From the IMG/VR virus record IMGVR_UViG_3300025871_000007: 64,000 nt of DNA. The stretch is one strand, 5' to 3'. A model generated the notes under the pieces. That model worked only from the letters and a program-made list of their open reading frames with translations. It was not told the DNA's origin and made no database searches. Shown piece after piece: positions 49,381 to 59,167 of the stretch. Positions within the stretch are counted from its first letter, which is position 1. Each line of letters starts with the position of its first letter. Origin of the DNA: an uncultured virus (IMG/VR IMGVR_UViG_3300025871_000007) (lineage: Duplodnaviria > Heunggongvirae > Uroviricota > Caudoviricetes). Made by a program: the position numbers and the translations under genes.

Positions 49381-50403
49381 ATGGAGAGATTAGTTCTTTC
49401 TGCTTTCATACGCTATTATCATATCTGCAAATACTTAGGAGCCAAGAACTTACTTGGCTCCAAGCATTATCCAGAGCAGATAGTAAAAGCTTTGGATTAT
49501 GTTCAAGGCACAGATGCTATTAATCCTATAACAGGAGAAAGAGATAAAGGTATAGATGGCGTAAATCTTATTATAGATTCTGGAGCTTTTTCTGTTTGGA
49601 ATGCAGGTGGTAAATTAGATGTAATGGAATATATTGAATTTTTACGAAAATTTGAAAAAGAACACAGATCTAAATTTAATGAAGTATGGTATGTTAATTT
49701 AGACGTTATTCCAGGAAAACAAGGTGAATCACCTACTATGCAGCAAATTAATGATGCAATAGAGGAAGGATTTAAGAATTATGATATCATGCGAAATGAA
49801 TTTGATAATGTAATTCATGTATTCCACCAAGGTGATTCAGAAGAAGCATTATTACGATTATTAGATACAAAACCTGCTTATATTGGTATATCTCCTTCTA
49901 ATGATGTTATGACACCTCAGAGAACCATTTGGTTGGACGAAACTTTTAAGAAAGTACCGAAGGAAGTTAGAACTCATGGATTTGCTGTAACATCTTTTGA
50001 TTTAATGAAATCATTCGATTGGTTTAGTGTAGATTCAACTTCTTGGTTTATGATAGGAATGTATGGAAAGTTATCTATACCTTTTAATTCTAAAGGAAAG
50101 GTTGTGTTAGGTGACGACGATGTATATTCCAAAAAAGAAATTAGTGTTTCTGTAGAAAAAGCAAGTAAAGGTCCAGATGGATATAAATTTTTAATGCAAT
50201 CACATAAAAAAGGTAATAAAGCTTTTCTTGAACAAGTAAATCAATATATAGAATATCTGTGCAAGAGATATCCATTTATAACACCTTCAGATTTATTTGG
50301 TGAAAGAAATCAAGCAAGAGTATTTGCTAATTTAAATGTGTTTTTAGATTTCGAAAGACAAGGTAAAAGAACCTGTAATGTAGAAGTAAATTCATTGTTC
50401 TAA
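49381..50403 (+). CDS. dpdA: DNA 7-deazaguanine transglycosylase (TGT-like DpdA family)
   Basis: IDSGAFS, LDVIPG, VFHQG, HGFA, SVDSTSW; at the end of the preQ0/preQ1 biosynthesis cluster. Confidence 0.75.
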   Translation: MERLVLSAFIRYYHICKYLGAKNLLGSKHYPEQIVKALDYVQGTDAINPITGERDKGIDGVNLIIDSGAFSVWNAGGKLDVMEYIEFLRKFEKEHRSKFNEVWYVNLDVIPGKQGESPTMQQINDAIEEGFKNYDIMRNEFDNVIHVFHQGDSEEALLRLLDTKPAYIGISPSNDVMTPQRTIWLDETFKKVPKEVRTHGFAVTSFDLMKSFDWFSVDSTSWFMIGMYGKLSIPFNSKGKVVLGDDDVYSKKEISVSVEKASKGPDGYKFLMQSHKKGNKAFLEQVNQYIEYLCKRYPFITPSDLFGERNQARVFANLNVFLDFERQGKRTCNVEVNSLF

Positions 50404-50418
50404 AGGAGAAGGATATTT

Positions 50419-50625
50419 ATGGTAATATATAATCCTCCACCTCAAAACCAGAGTAGAAAAAAAAGAATTCTTGGTAGAATAGTAAGATTATTATTTTGGA
50501 TTTGGTTATTTGGAGCAATACCTATAGGTGTTCTTATTAATAGTACCGCTGCACTGTATTGGATTTTAAGCCCATTTATAGTTATAGTAATATTAGGAAT
50601 CGCCAATCATATTTGGAATGGATAA
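50419..50625 (+). CDS. Small two-TM membrane protein
   Basis: 68 aa with two hydrophobic segments. Confidence 0.6.
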   Translation: MVIYNPPPQNQSRKKRILGRIVRLLFWIWLFGAIPIGVLINSTAALYWILSPFIVIVILGIANHIWNG

Positions 50626-50648
50626 TTAAATTAAAATTAGAGGAAAAT

Positions 50649-50954
50649 ATGGAGACACTTGGTAAAATAACATTTGAAAAGGATGTATTAAATAGTTTAA
50701 AATTTTATACCATGTTATCAATTTTTCTTGGTAGTCAGGGTATGTCTGAAGAAAGATGTTCTAGAGCTCTTACAGAATATATTCATATGTTAAAAGAAAA
50801 TGATGATCATTTTAAAGATCCAGAAGTTATGTGTGCTTATTTACAAGAAGCTTATAATAAGTTACCAGCTGATTTTCTAGAATTATTCGAAATACCTTCT
50901 GGGCTGGGTGATGGGATACGAATACTTGATAAAACCTATAATTGGATAAAATAA
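50649..50954 (+). CDS. Hypothetical protein
   Basis: ATG after GAGG RBS. Confidence 0.5.
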   Translation: METLGKITFEKDVLNSLKFYTMLSIFLGSQGMSEERCSRALTEYIHMLKENDDHFKDPEVMCAYLQEAYNKLPADFLELFEIPSGLGDGIRILDKTYNWIK

Positions 50955-50968
50955 CTTAAGGAGTAGAT

Positions 50969-52378
50969 ATGGCAGACGTAAAAGTTAAAGAAAAGAAAGA
51001 AAGTACATTTGTTGCGGATAAAGAACTATCTCCAGTAATTAATCAAATAAATAAAGAATTTGGTACCACCAAAATTACTACTCTTACTAAAGCTAAATCT
51101 TTTGCAGTTAAAAGATATTTTAGTGGTTCTTTTGGTATTGATCACATTACTGGTGGTGGATATACCTATAAAAGAATTCTTTTATTATATGGTCATAAAA
51201 GTAGCGGAAAGAATAGTCAGCTTTACCAAATGCTTGCTTATAATCAGAGACTATGCAGACATTGTAAAGGTGTTCTTCCTGAATATTTTGAAGCAAAAAC
51301 ATACGATAGATGGACAAATATTTTAGTTAATTATAAAAATATACCTGTGTGTAATTGTGGAAAAGCACAAGGTAAGATATTTCTTCTTCTAGATTATGAA
51401 AAGTCGCTAGGTGTAGAAGAACCAAGACCTACTATAGTTAGATCTATTACAAATAGAAATACTGGCGATGAAATCAATGAAAATGATTTTAATCAACAGG
51501 TAGATATTCTAAAAGATCTTAAAGCTAAAGATAAACTAACAGATGTAGAACAATCTATGATAAAAAACATAGAAACTTGGCTACAAAATCTAGATATAAA
51601 AGAACAAGAAATTACTAAGATACCAGAAACCGATTATATGTCAGCTTGTGGAATTAATATCGATAATCTTTTGGTTGCAGAACCCAAGTTTATGGACGAA
51701 GGTATTGATATTGTTAAGAAGATTGTTAAATCTAGAGAAGTAGATGGAATTATTTGGGATTCTATCCAAGCTGCAATTCCAATGTATGTGGAAAAACGAG
51801 ATGCAGAAGAAGCAACAATGGGTGTTGAAGCAAAATTAACAGGTCTTTTAATGAGACAGATTGGTGCAGCATTTGCAGCAGATGATCTTCTTGATCCTGG
51901 CGAAGCATATAAACCTACAGTATTTATTACTTCACAAGTTAGAAGTGAATTAGGTACAATGTATGCTAAACCAGATTCATACTCTGGCGGTAATGCTTTA
52001 GCTCATCATATTTCTCTTGCTCTAGAAGTTAAAAGAGATAAGTTTCTAGATCAAAACGGAAGAGAGGCTGCTTGGGGGACTGTTTATTATGGTCAGCAAA
52101 CTAGAGTTAGAGCAGAAAAAAGTAAAATAAGTTCACCAGGTGAAATGTTCACATATGATTATTACTTTAAGGCAACTCCACAATTTCCTGTTGGTACTAT
52201 AGATCATATTAAAGAGATAATGGATTTAGGTATCGCTTTTTCACTAATAAAGCAAAGAGGACCTTATTTCGATTGCAACGGAAAAACGTTTCAAGGTAAA
52301 AATGCTTTACGAGAAGCTCTTGCAATGGATCCTTCTTTCACTTCACAATTATATAATGATATTATAAAAAGGTGCTAG
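50969..52378 (+). CDS. recA: RecA/UvsX-like recombinase with insertions
   Basis: GSFGIDHITGGG, GHKSSGKN, IIWDSI, TSQVR, SGGNALAHH. Confidence 0.85.
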   Translation: MADVKVKEKKESTFVADKELSPVINQINKEFGTTKITTLTKAKSFAVKRYFSGSFGIDHITGGGYTYKRILLLYGHKSSGKNSQLYQMLAYNQRLCRHCKGVLPEYFEAKTYDRWTNILVNYKNIPVCNCGKAQGKIFLLLDYEKSLGVEEPRPTIVRSITNRNTGDEINENDFNQQVDILKDLKAKDKLTDVEQSMIKNIETWLQNLDIKEQEITKIPETDYMSACGINIDNLLVAEPKFMDEGIDIVKKIVKSREVDGIIWDSIQAAIPMYVEKRDAEEATMGVEAKLTGLLMRQIGAAFAADDLLDPGEAYKPTVFITSQVRSELGTMYAKPDSYSGGNALAHHISLALEVKRDKFLDQNGREAAWGTVYYGQQTRVRAEKSKISSPGEMFTYDYYFKATPQFPVGTIDHIKEIMDLGIAFSLIKQRGPYFDCNGKTFQGKNALREALAMDPSFTSQLYNDIIKRC

Positions 52379-52882
52379 ATGAATTATAAGAAGATATCCA
52401 CCAAGAGAGAAAAAGAAATTGCAAAAGATATTTCAGGACAAAGACATGTAGGTTCTGGAAATGTCTGGTTTAAAAGAGGCGATGCAAGTAATGAATTTCT
52501 TCTTATAGAAGATAAATTTGTTATATCAGATAGATACAGTATTAAGTTAGATATAATAGATAAATTAACATCACAAGCACATAAACAAGGAAAATTACCT
52601 ATTTTGAGATTTGGATTTAGTAATAGATCCATATTTCAGAACTATGCATGTATAGAATCTTGTTATTGTAACCAAGAAGCAGAAGTAGGCTCTATTATGT
52701 TCTATACTTCTAGTAAGAAAAGTAAAACTATTAAATATAATGATTTATACGCTGCATTAACTACCTTTCAAGGTGATCCCATTGTATTAAAGTTGGTATT
52801 CTATGAAGAAAGAAGAACCTTCTATATAATAGAATGGCAAGATTTTTTAAAATCTCAAGAAAATCTTATTGTTTCTTTTTAG
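52379..52882 (+). CDS. Hjc-like PD-(D/E)XK resolvase/nuclease
   Basis: REKEIAK...GSG...GDA...LIEDK. Confidence 0.6.
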   Translation: MNYKKISTKREKEIAKDISGQRHVGSGNVWFKRGDASNEFLLIEDKFVISDRYSIKLDIIDKLTSQAHKQGKLPILRFGFSNRSIFQNYACIESCYCNQEAEVGSIMFYTSSKKSKTIKYNDLYAALTTFQGDPIVLKLVFYEERRTFYIIEWQDFLKSQENLIVSF

Positions 52883-52907
52883 AAAAACTATATAATATAA
52901 TATTATA
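52880..52907 (+). promoter_or_regulatory. Putative early/middle promoter TAGAAA-N15-TATTATA
   Basis: Identical boxes and spacing at 43062; precedes the helicase loader operon. Confidence 0.45.
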
Positions 52908-52937
52908 TAGTATAATACCATTTAAAGGGTTAATATA

Positions 52938-53666
52938 TTGAAATGTCCTTACGGAATCTGTAGCGGAACGGGCTTTATGCCAGTAATCTCTGCAACAGGT
53001 GAGCAAGAATTTACTCCGTGTAAATGCCGCCTGGAAAGAATACAGAAAGAATCGTTAAGAAAAAAAAGAATAGAAGCCAGAATCCCGGTTCGATACTGGG
53101 ATTATTCTTTTGATAATTATAAAGCTCTAGCAAAAATGCTAGAGCCTAAGTTATTACCAGCAGTTATTGCTTCAAATGCAGAATATCTTAAAGTTTTAGA
53201 AAATTATATAGATAACCCTCAAAAATTATTAGAAGGTCCTCAGGTTCTATGGATTTGGGGTACAGATGATAATGCTTGTCATACAACCCTAGCTACTGTT
53301 TTAGCAGATAGCTTATTAAAAGTTAATGTGAAAGTTCTTTTTCTTGAATTTTATAAACTAATGGAGATGTTTACAAATTTTTCTTCAAGATCTGAATATT
53401 TTCAGCAATTACAAGGGTATCAAGTATACATTTTAGATGACGCATTCGATACCACTAGATGTAATCCTACAAATTATAAACAATCTCAGTTATTTGGGTT
53501 TGTTAATGATTTATTAAATGATAATAAGCATATAATCTGTACATCTAATATTAGTGCTAAAAGTATTGACAATATTTTTAGTCAATTAAGAATAATTATT
53601 AATAGATCTGTGGAAGAAGTTAGACTTCAAGGATCTTTTACACCTATTCTTCAACATCTTAAATAA
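52938..53666 (+). CDS. DnaC/IstB-like helicase loader with degenerate Walker A
   Basis: N-terminal C..C.G.G...PCKC, IPVRY..SFDNY, YILDD, ICTSN; upstream of dnaB. Confidence 0.7.
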   Translation: MKCPYGICSGTGFMPVISATGEQEFTPCKCRLERIQKESLRKKRIEARIPVRYWDYSFDNYKALAKMLEPKLLPAVIASNAEYLKVLENYIDNPQKLLEGPQVLWIWGTDDNACHTTLATVLADSLLKVNVKVLFLEFYKLMEMFTNFSSRSEYFQQLQGYQVYILDDAFDTTRCNPTNYKQSQLFGFVNDLLNDNKHIICTSNISAKSIDNIFSQLRIIINRSVEEVRLQGSFTPILQHLK

Positions 53667-53668
53667 AT

Positions 53669-53890
53669 ATGGCAAAATTATTAACCTTCAAGTGTGAAGA
53701 TGTAATTTTTGATGTTTATGATACTGAAAGAGTTCCTATGGACTCAAGTAAATATCAATATTTTATCACACCAAGAAGATTTGCACGAATAGAAGCCTGG
53801 AGAATTCAAAATAACTTAAATTCTCCAATTTCTACTAAAGAACAATTAGATTATCTTATACAAAATGATATGATAGGGACGTATAAATAG
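53669..53890 (+). CDS. Hypothetical protein
   Basis: 73 aa ORF in operon. Confidence 0.5.
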   Translation: MAKLLTFKCEDVIFDVYDTERVPMDSSKYQYFITPRRFARIEAWRIQNNLNSPISTKEQLDYLIQNDMIGTYK

Positions 53891-53895
53891 AATCT

Positions 53896-55365
53896 ATGTC
53901 AGATACCTTTGCACTACCAGAATTGCCAATAGATTTAGATAATGAAGCATTAATTTTATCTAATGCTCTTAAAAATAAAAAGAATAGAGATCTTTTTATA
54001 AGAAAAACAGATTATCTTGATTTTAGATACAAAGAAAATCAAGTGGTAGCATGGGCAATTAAAGCAGTAGAAGAACAGAAGATGGATATTAATTCTGATG
54101 CTGTTTTATTAAAGTCAAAATCCTGTCCTGTAAGATATAATGTAGATTACAACTTTATTGATAGTTTAATTCAAAACTTTCCAGAAGTTGGTGAAGTAAA
54201 CTATGACACTCATATTTCTAAACTACAATTAGATAAGATTAAATCTGAATTAGTAACAACATTCCATAAATCCATATATACTGCATGTTTAAATCCTAGA
54301 TCAGATTTAAACTTTTTAGCAGCAAGAATGCAAAACGTAAATGATATCCTTCAAAAAGGATATTCCTATAGTCAAGTTCAATTCAAAGATATGAAGCAAG
54401 TCGTAGACGAATATAGAGAATATCGCAAACATTCTCAAGGTTTTTATACTACTGGATTTACACAATTGGATGCATATTTAACTGAAGGATATAAACCAAA
54501 GGGTATCTGTATTATTGCAGGTTTGCCTGGGATGGGTAAAAGCTCTCTGTGTTTAAGTTCAATGAATAACCTTGCTAATCAAGGTATTTATTCTGCACAG
54601 TTTGCATTAGAAATGGATAATAATGCATTAGCCAGTAAACTAGCTTCTTACAATTCGAGAATAAGTGTAGAAAGAATTATAAAGCACTATGATAAATTAA
54701 CAGATGAAGAAAAGAAACTATTAGAATATGAACTTGATAGATTAGCTACTAATAAGTATCTACGATTTAATGATACGCCATCACAAAATCTGGATACTAT
54801 TCGAGAACAAATAATGGTATTACAAGATCATTTGAAACAAGAATATATAGTAGTTTCAATAGACTTATTTGGTAAAATAAGAGAGTTTCAAGATAGTGAT
54901 AGTTTTGCTACAGATTATGAAAAGAAATTAAATGAAGTACAGATTATGGCAAAGGAAACAGGTGTATGTATTATACCTGTTGCACAGATACATAGATTAG
55001 AATCTGGAAGAAAATTTAAAAGACCAAAAATGAGTGATTTGAAAAACTCAGGTGCCTGGGAAGAAGTAGCAGATTTAATTTTAGCAGTGCATAGACCGTG
55101 GTATGACCCAGAAACAGCAATGAAGAAACAGATAGCTGAAAATGAATATAGATACGGAACAGGAGAAGAACCAGAAGAATTAGAGGACGATCCTAATGAA
55201 TCTATTGCGGAAGTAATTATTCTTAAACAGAGGATGGGTGAAGGGAATAAGATTATTAATTTCTTTTTTGATAAAATAACAACTAGATATAGTGCTATTA
55301 CACCAGAATTTCAAGATACTTTGAATGCCCAAAAAGATATAGATCCTGAGGACGTACCCATATGA
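53896..55365 (+). CDS. dnaB: Replicative DnaB-like helicase
   Basis: TGFTQLD, GLPGMGKS, ALEM, AQIHR, SDLKNSGAWEEVAD, KQRMG. Confidence 0.9.
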   Translation: MSDTFALPELPIDLDNEALILSNALKNKKNRDLFIRKTDYLDFRYKENQVVAWAIKAVEEQKMDINSDAVLLKSKSCPVRYNVDYNFIDSLIQNFPEVGEVNYDTHISKLQLDKIKSELVTTFHKSIYTACLNPRSDLNFLAARMQNVNDILQKGYSYSQVQFKDMKQVVDEYREYRKHSQGFYTTGFTQLDAYLTEGYKPKGICIIAGLPGMGKSSLCLSSMNNLANQGIYSAQFALEMDNNALASKLASYNSRISVERIIKHYDKLTDEEKKLLEYELDRLATNKYLRFNDTPSQNLDTIREQIMVLQDHLKQEYIVVSIDLFGKIREFQDSDSFATDYEKKLNEVQIMAKETGVCIIPVAQIHRLESGRKFKRPKMSDLKNSGAWEEVADLILAVHRPWYDPETAMKKQIAENEYRYGTGEEPEELEDDPNESIAEVIILKQRMGEGNKIINFFFDKITTRYSAITPEFQDTLNAQKDIDPEDVPI

Positions 55366-55559
55366 ATATAATTGATGTAGATATATGTAAATCCTGTAAA
55401 AATTTAAATCTCTTGACAAAAGAATTTCATCTTTATTATCTAGATTGCAAGATTAATGGAAATAAATTTATTTTGGAAAAAGAATTATTTAACTGTGATT
55501 CTTTTAAACCCATCATAGAACAGAAGAAAGAAGGATTCTTTAAAAAATTATTTAAATAG
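55362..55559 (+). CDS. Small Cys-containing hypothetical protein
   Basis: 65 aa, ATGA-coupled. Confidence 0.5.
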   Translation: MNIIDVDICKSCKNLNLLTKEFHLYYLDCKINGNKFILEKELFNCDSFKPIIEQKKEGFFKKLFK

Positions 55560-55561
55560 AT

Positions 55562-56548
55562 ATGCAAAACTATAACGTAGAAAAAATACTTAAAGATCTT
55601 AATATAGCATATAAAAAATCTGGTAATAATGCTAGAATTAAATGTTTAAATCCTCATCACAACGAAAAAGAACCCTCCATGTTTGTTCATTTAGATGACG
55701 GAAAGTTTCACTGCTTTGGTTGCGGAACTAAAGGTAATATTTTTACTCTAGCAAAAATGGAATTAAAGCTAGATGATAATGAAGCAAAAAAATATGTAAT
55801 TGAGCAGACAAAAGGTGGTAATACCGAAGAAGAGGTATACAATCATCTTATAGAAGAAATGTCAAAGAGATCTCAGAAAAAAGAATGCTCTGAATTTACA
55901 GAAGTTAGAGAATTAGATACACTACCGATTACTTCTAATTTTTATCTAGAATACCAAAGAGGATTTACTAAAGAAGAAATTCATAGATGGAATATACGGC
56001 AGGTTAATACTCCTAGACAACCCTATCATAACTGGATTTATATTCCTATTTATTATAAAGGAAAGCTAAGAACTTGGTTTATTAGAAGTCCTCTTTCTAA
56101 TAGAAAAGTATATGGTTATCATAAAGAAGGTGATACAGTAGTAGGATATCCAAGAAAGGATATCTTATTTGGATACGATACAATTCCTTTTAATACGGAA
56201 GAAGTTTATGGATTTGAAGGAATTTTTGATAAAATTTGGTTTGAAAGAACCAGACGGCAATCTCTAGCGTTTTTGGGTAATAGAATTTCTAAAGAACAGC
56301 GAGAAGCATTAAAAAGATTTAAAACTCTAGTTTTAGGGTTAGACAATGATAATGCTAGTTTACAGTTAATAGAAGATGCATTACAGCTATCTTCTGTTTT
56401 AGAGGTACGAGTATGGTGCCCACCCGTATCTAAAAAAGATGCAAACGAATGCACACTAGAAGAAATGCTAGAATCTATATTTAAAGAAGTAGATATAGCA
56501 GAATTTATAAAATCAGAGAGGTTTTTACAATGGTCCTTGAGCAAGTAG
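55562..56548 (+). CDS. dnaG: DNA primase (CHC2 Zn finger + TOPRIM)
   Basis: CLNPHHNEKEPS...FHCFGCG, FEGIFD, LDND, KDANE. Confidence 0.88.
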   Translation: MQNYNVEKILKDLNIAYKKSGNNARIKCLNPHHNEKEPSMFVHLDDGKFHCFGCGTKGNIFTLAKMELKLDDNEAKKYVIEQTKGGNTEEEVYNHLIEEMSKRSQKKECSEFTEVRELDTLPITSNFYLEYQRGFTKEEIHRWNIRQVNTPRQPYHNWIYIPIYYKGKLRTWFIRSPLSNRKVYGYHKEGDTVVGYPRKDILFGYDTIPFNTEEVYGFEGIFDKIWFERTRRQSLAFLGNRISKEQREALKRFKTLVLGLDNDNASLQLIEDALQLSSVLEVRVWCPPVSKKDANECTLEEMLESIFKEVDIAEFIKSERFLQWSLSK

Positions 56549-56748
56549 ATTCATCTAATATCGATGCAGCAGGATATGATTCAACTAGTAGCAAAATGAT
56601 TATCAGATTCAAAACTGGTATATATTACGAGTATCTAAAAGTTCCAGAAGTTATTTATAACAGATTTAAAGAAGCACAATCTAAAGGTAGTTTTTTTAAT
56701 CAAAATATAAGAAATTCTTATAATTGTAATAGAATAGATACCTTATAA
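56530..56748 (+). CDS. KTSC-domain protein
   Basis: VDSSNIDAAGYD...YEYLKVP...AQSKGSFFNQNIR. Confidence 0.85.
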   Translation: MVLEQVDSSNIDAAGYDSTSSKMIIRFKTGIYYEYLKVPEVIYNRFKEAQSKGSFFNQNIRNSYNCNRIDTL

Positions 56749-56809
56749 GTTTAAATGGTAGTTGTTGCATTATAAGAAATATATTATATTTAAATTACGG
56801 AATCAAATA

Positions 56810-57241
56810 ATGAAATTAAAAATAAATTTAGAAAAATTACCTCCTACATATGACTCACTTATTATAGACAGATTAGAAAAGAAAAATCTACCTTCTTGTA
56901 TGGGTGGAATGCTTCTTCCTATTTTAAATCAGATAGAAGAAATAGAAGACACAGATATTATAGCACCTACTGAAAGTATACCAGAAATCAATCGAGCGAA
57001 TGTAGATCTAACAGAAGTTTGTGCTAATTCTGACAAAGTCCTTACAGGAAATAGTATGACTGTTTCTGGTTTAAAACATATACTAGCATTTAAAGAATCT
57101 AAGGCAAATGCTTTTGTAGACCAATGTGAAAAATGCATTAATTGTACGTATATAGAAGTATGTAATAATCTAACACGCAATACACTACAATCATTTGCAA
57201 TAATGCAATCTTTATCAATTAAAGGAGTATCGAATGAATAA
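56810..57241 (+). CDS. Hypothetical Cys-containing protein
   Basis: CEKCINC...C; directly upstream of tubulin; ATG start chosen. Confidence 0.5.
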   Translation: MKLKINLEKLPPTYDSLIIDRLEKKNLPSCMGGMLLPILNQIEEIEDTDIIAPTESIPEINRANVDLTEVCANSDKVLTGNSMTVSGLKHILAFKESKANAFVDQCEKCINCTYIEVCNNLTRNTLQSFAIMQSLSIKGVSNE

Positions 57242-58325
57242 ATTCTTTAGATTTATAGGTTTGGGTCAATGCGGTCTACGAATATCTCAAGAATTTGAAA
57301 AAATGGGATTTTATACGTCTATTATTAATTCTGACGAAATAGATGAAAGAGGATATGAGATAGAATCCGATAGATTGCTTGTTTTAAAAGGAACAGGAAC
57401 AGGTAAATCTTTAAAGATAGGAAAACAAATTATAGAAAATAATAAAAGTAAATTTGAATCCTTTATCAGAAAGAATTGCAATAAGAATGGTGTTACAATC
57501 TTTATTGCAGGAGGTGGTGGAGGAACAGGTGGATCTTTTATTGCTCCTGCAGTAGAATATACAAAAAGTTTAGGGTATAAAGTAGGCGTAATTTATACTC
57601 TTCCACCTAAAATGCTAGGCATCGTAACAGCAAAAAATTCCTTGATTACTTTAAAAGAACTTTTAAAACTTGAAACAGATTTCTTTATGCTGGTAGATAA
57701 TGAATTATTAATAGAAGAAGTAGGAAAAGATGATACTTGGTGGGGTAAGATAAATAGAATGATATTATCTACTTTCTATTCATCTACTGAAATTATACGT
57801 GAAAATAAAACAGCTCAACAAGGTTTAGGTTCTATAGATAGAGGTGAGGTAATTAGAAGTTTAACTTATGGAAAAGGTTATACAGATATTAGAAGATACT
57901 ATCTAACCACAGAAGATTGTGGAAAAAGTGAAGAGGAGCTAAGTACTTTACTTTTTCATCCTCAACTTGTAGAAGGATATAATTATAAAGAATCCAAATG
58001 TTATTTGGTATCGATAGACGTACCACAATCTGGAAATTATAGCTTGATATCAAAGAAAATATTTGATATTATAAAGCATCGCGTAGGTAATGCTATATCA
58101 ATATTGGGTATGTTTACAGATCCACTTTTAAAAGATTCTGTTAAAGTAACAATTATAAATTCTGGATTACAATTACCTAAAATACTCCAATCTAGAATAA
58201 AGAATCTAAGAAGAGATGAAAATGCTTTTCAACATAAACAAGAAAAGGAGGATCAAACTATTCAAGTTATTTCAGAATTAACATTTGATGAAGATCTCTC
58301 ACTAGATAAAGACTTTCAACTATAA
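57234..58325 (+). CDS. Tubulin/FtsZ-family GTPase (PhuZ/TubZ-like)
   Basis: IGLGQCG, GGGGGTGG signature, VDNE, IDRGE. Confidence 0.85.
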   Translation: MNKFFRFIGLGQCGLRISQEFEKMGFYTSIINSDEIDERGYEIESDRLLVLKGTGTGKSLKIGKQIIENNKSKFESFIRKNCNKNGVTIFIAGGGGGTGGSFIAPAVEYTKSLGYKVGVIYTLPPKMLGIVTAKNSLITLKELLKLETDFFMLVDNELLIEEVGKDDTWWGKINRMILSTFYSSTEIIRENKTAQQGLGSIDRGEVIRSLTYGKGYTDIRRYYLTTEDCGKSEEELSTLLFHPQLVEGYNYKESKCYLVSIDVPQSGNYSLISKKIFDIIKHRVGNAISILGMFTDPLLKDSVKVTIINSGLQLPKILQSRIKNLRRDENAFQHKQEKEDQTIQVISELTFDEDLSLDKDFQL

Positions 58326-58353
58326 TAGCTATCAAATTATACGGAGGCTTTAC

Positions 58354-58968
58354 ATGAATTCTAATGTAGAAACATTATATGTAGAATATACGCAAGAAAA
58401 AAATACTTTTAAGAAAGAAAGAATTCTAGGTAAAATATTTAAATGTTATGAACCTTTATCTAATAAACTTTCTTATAAATATTCCAGGATTTTCCCATCA
58501 TATGAAGCAGAGGATTGGAAAATCTTGGTAAATCTAGGAATATGGGAAGGAGTTAATAAAACTCCTACTAAAGAATTAGTTAGAAAATATATCTACTTTA
58601 GAATAAAGCATCAAATTGCAAAAGAAATACAACTTATAACAGCTAGAAAGCAAACTTATTTTCATGAGGTAGAATTAGATTCTGTTATTATTTGTCCAGA
58701 AAATTCTGAAGAAACTCGTAAGATTACTAAATTAGATATAGAAGCTGCTATAAATAAATTACCAGATAAAACAAAACAGATTATTAAATTATGGATGGAT
58801 GATGTTCCAGTATGTCCTGATTCAGCCAAATCATCTTTAATGCAAGCATCAATATGTGATGAAGTTAATCTTTCTTTTCCAGCAGTTTACTTTAGATTAG
58901 AAAGAGCATTTGAATTGTTGTATTGTTATCTATCAGATTATAAGGAAAGTATTTATGAGGAATGGTAG
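58354..58968 (+). CDS. Sigma-70/ECF-like phage sigma factor
   Basis: Region-2-like YEPLSNKLSYKY...EDW..LVNLGIWE; region-4-like AINKLPDKTKQII...AVYFRLERA. Confidence 0.55.
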   Translation: MNSNVETLYVEYTQEKNTFKKERILGKIFKCYEPLSNKLSYKYSRIFPSYEAEDWKILVNLGIWEGVNKTPTKELVRKYIYFRIKHQIAKEIQLITARKQTYFHEVELDSVIICPENSEETRKITKLDIEAAINKLPDKTKQIIKLWMDDVPVCPDSAKSSLMQASICDEVNLSFPAVYFRLERAFELLYCYLSDYKESIYEEW

Positions 58969-59167
58969 AAATATTTGTATCTATATGTCTGATTATAACC
59001 TTTATTGTTCTTTAGATAAAGAGGTTAGAGAACTATATTATAAAAAATATGGTCAAGCTCTTTCCAAAAGCGAAGTGATTAATAAAGGATTAGCAGTTTT
59101 AAAAGATACATTAACTAAATCAGAAAATCTTTCTGAGCTACCCAAATATAGCAGGATATTCAAGTGA
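58955..59167 (+). CDS. Small ribbon-helix-helix-like protein
   Basis: RNICIYM...LSKSEVINKGL; ATG start chosen. Confidence 0.4.
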   Translation: MRNGRNICIYMSDYNLYCSLDKEVRELYYKKYGQALSKSEVINKGLAVLKDTLTKSENLSELPKYSRIFK

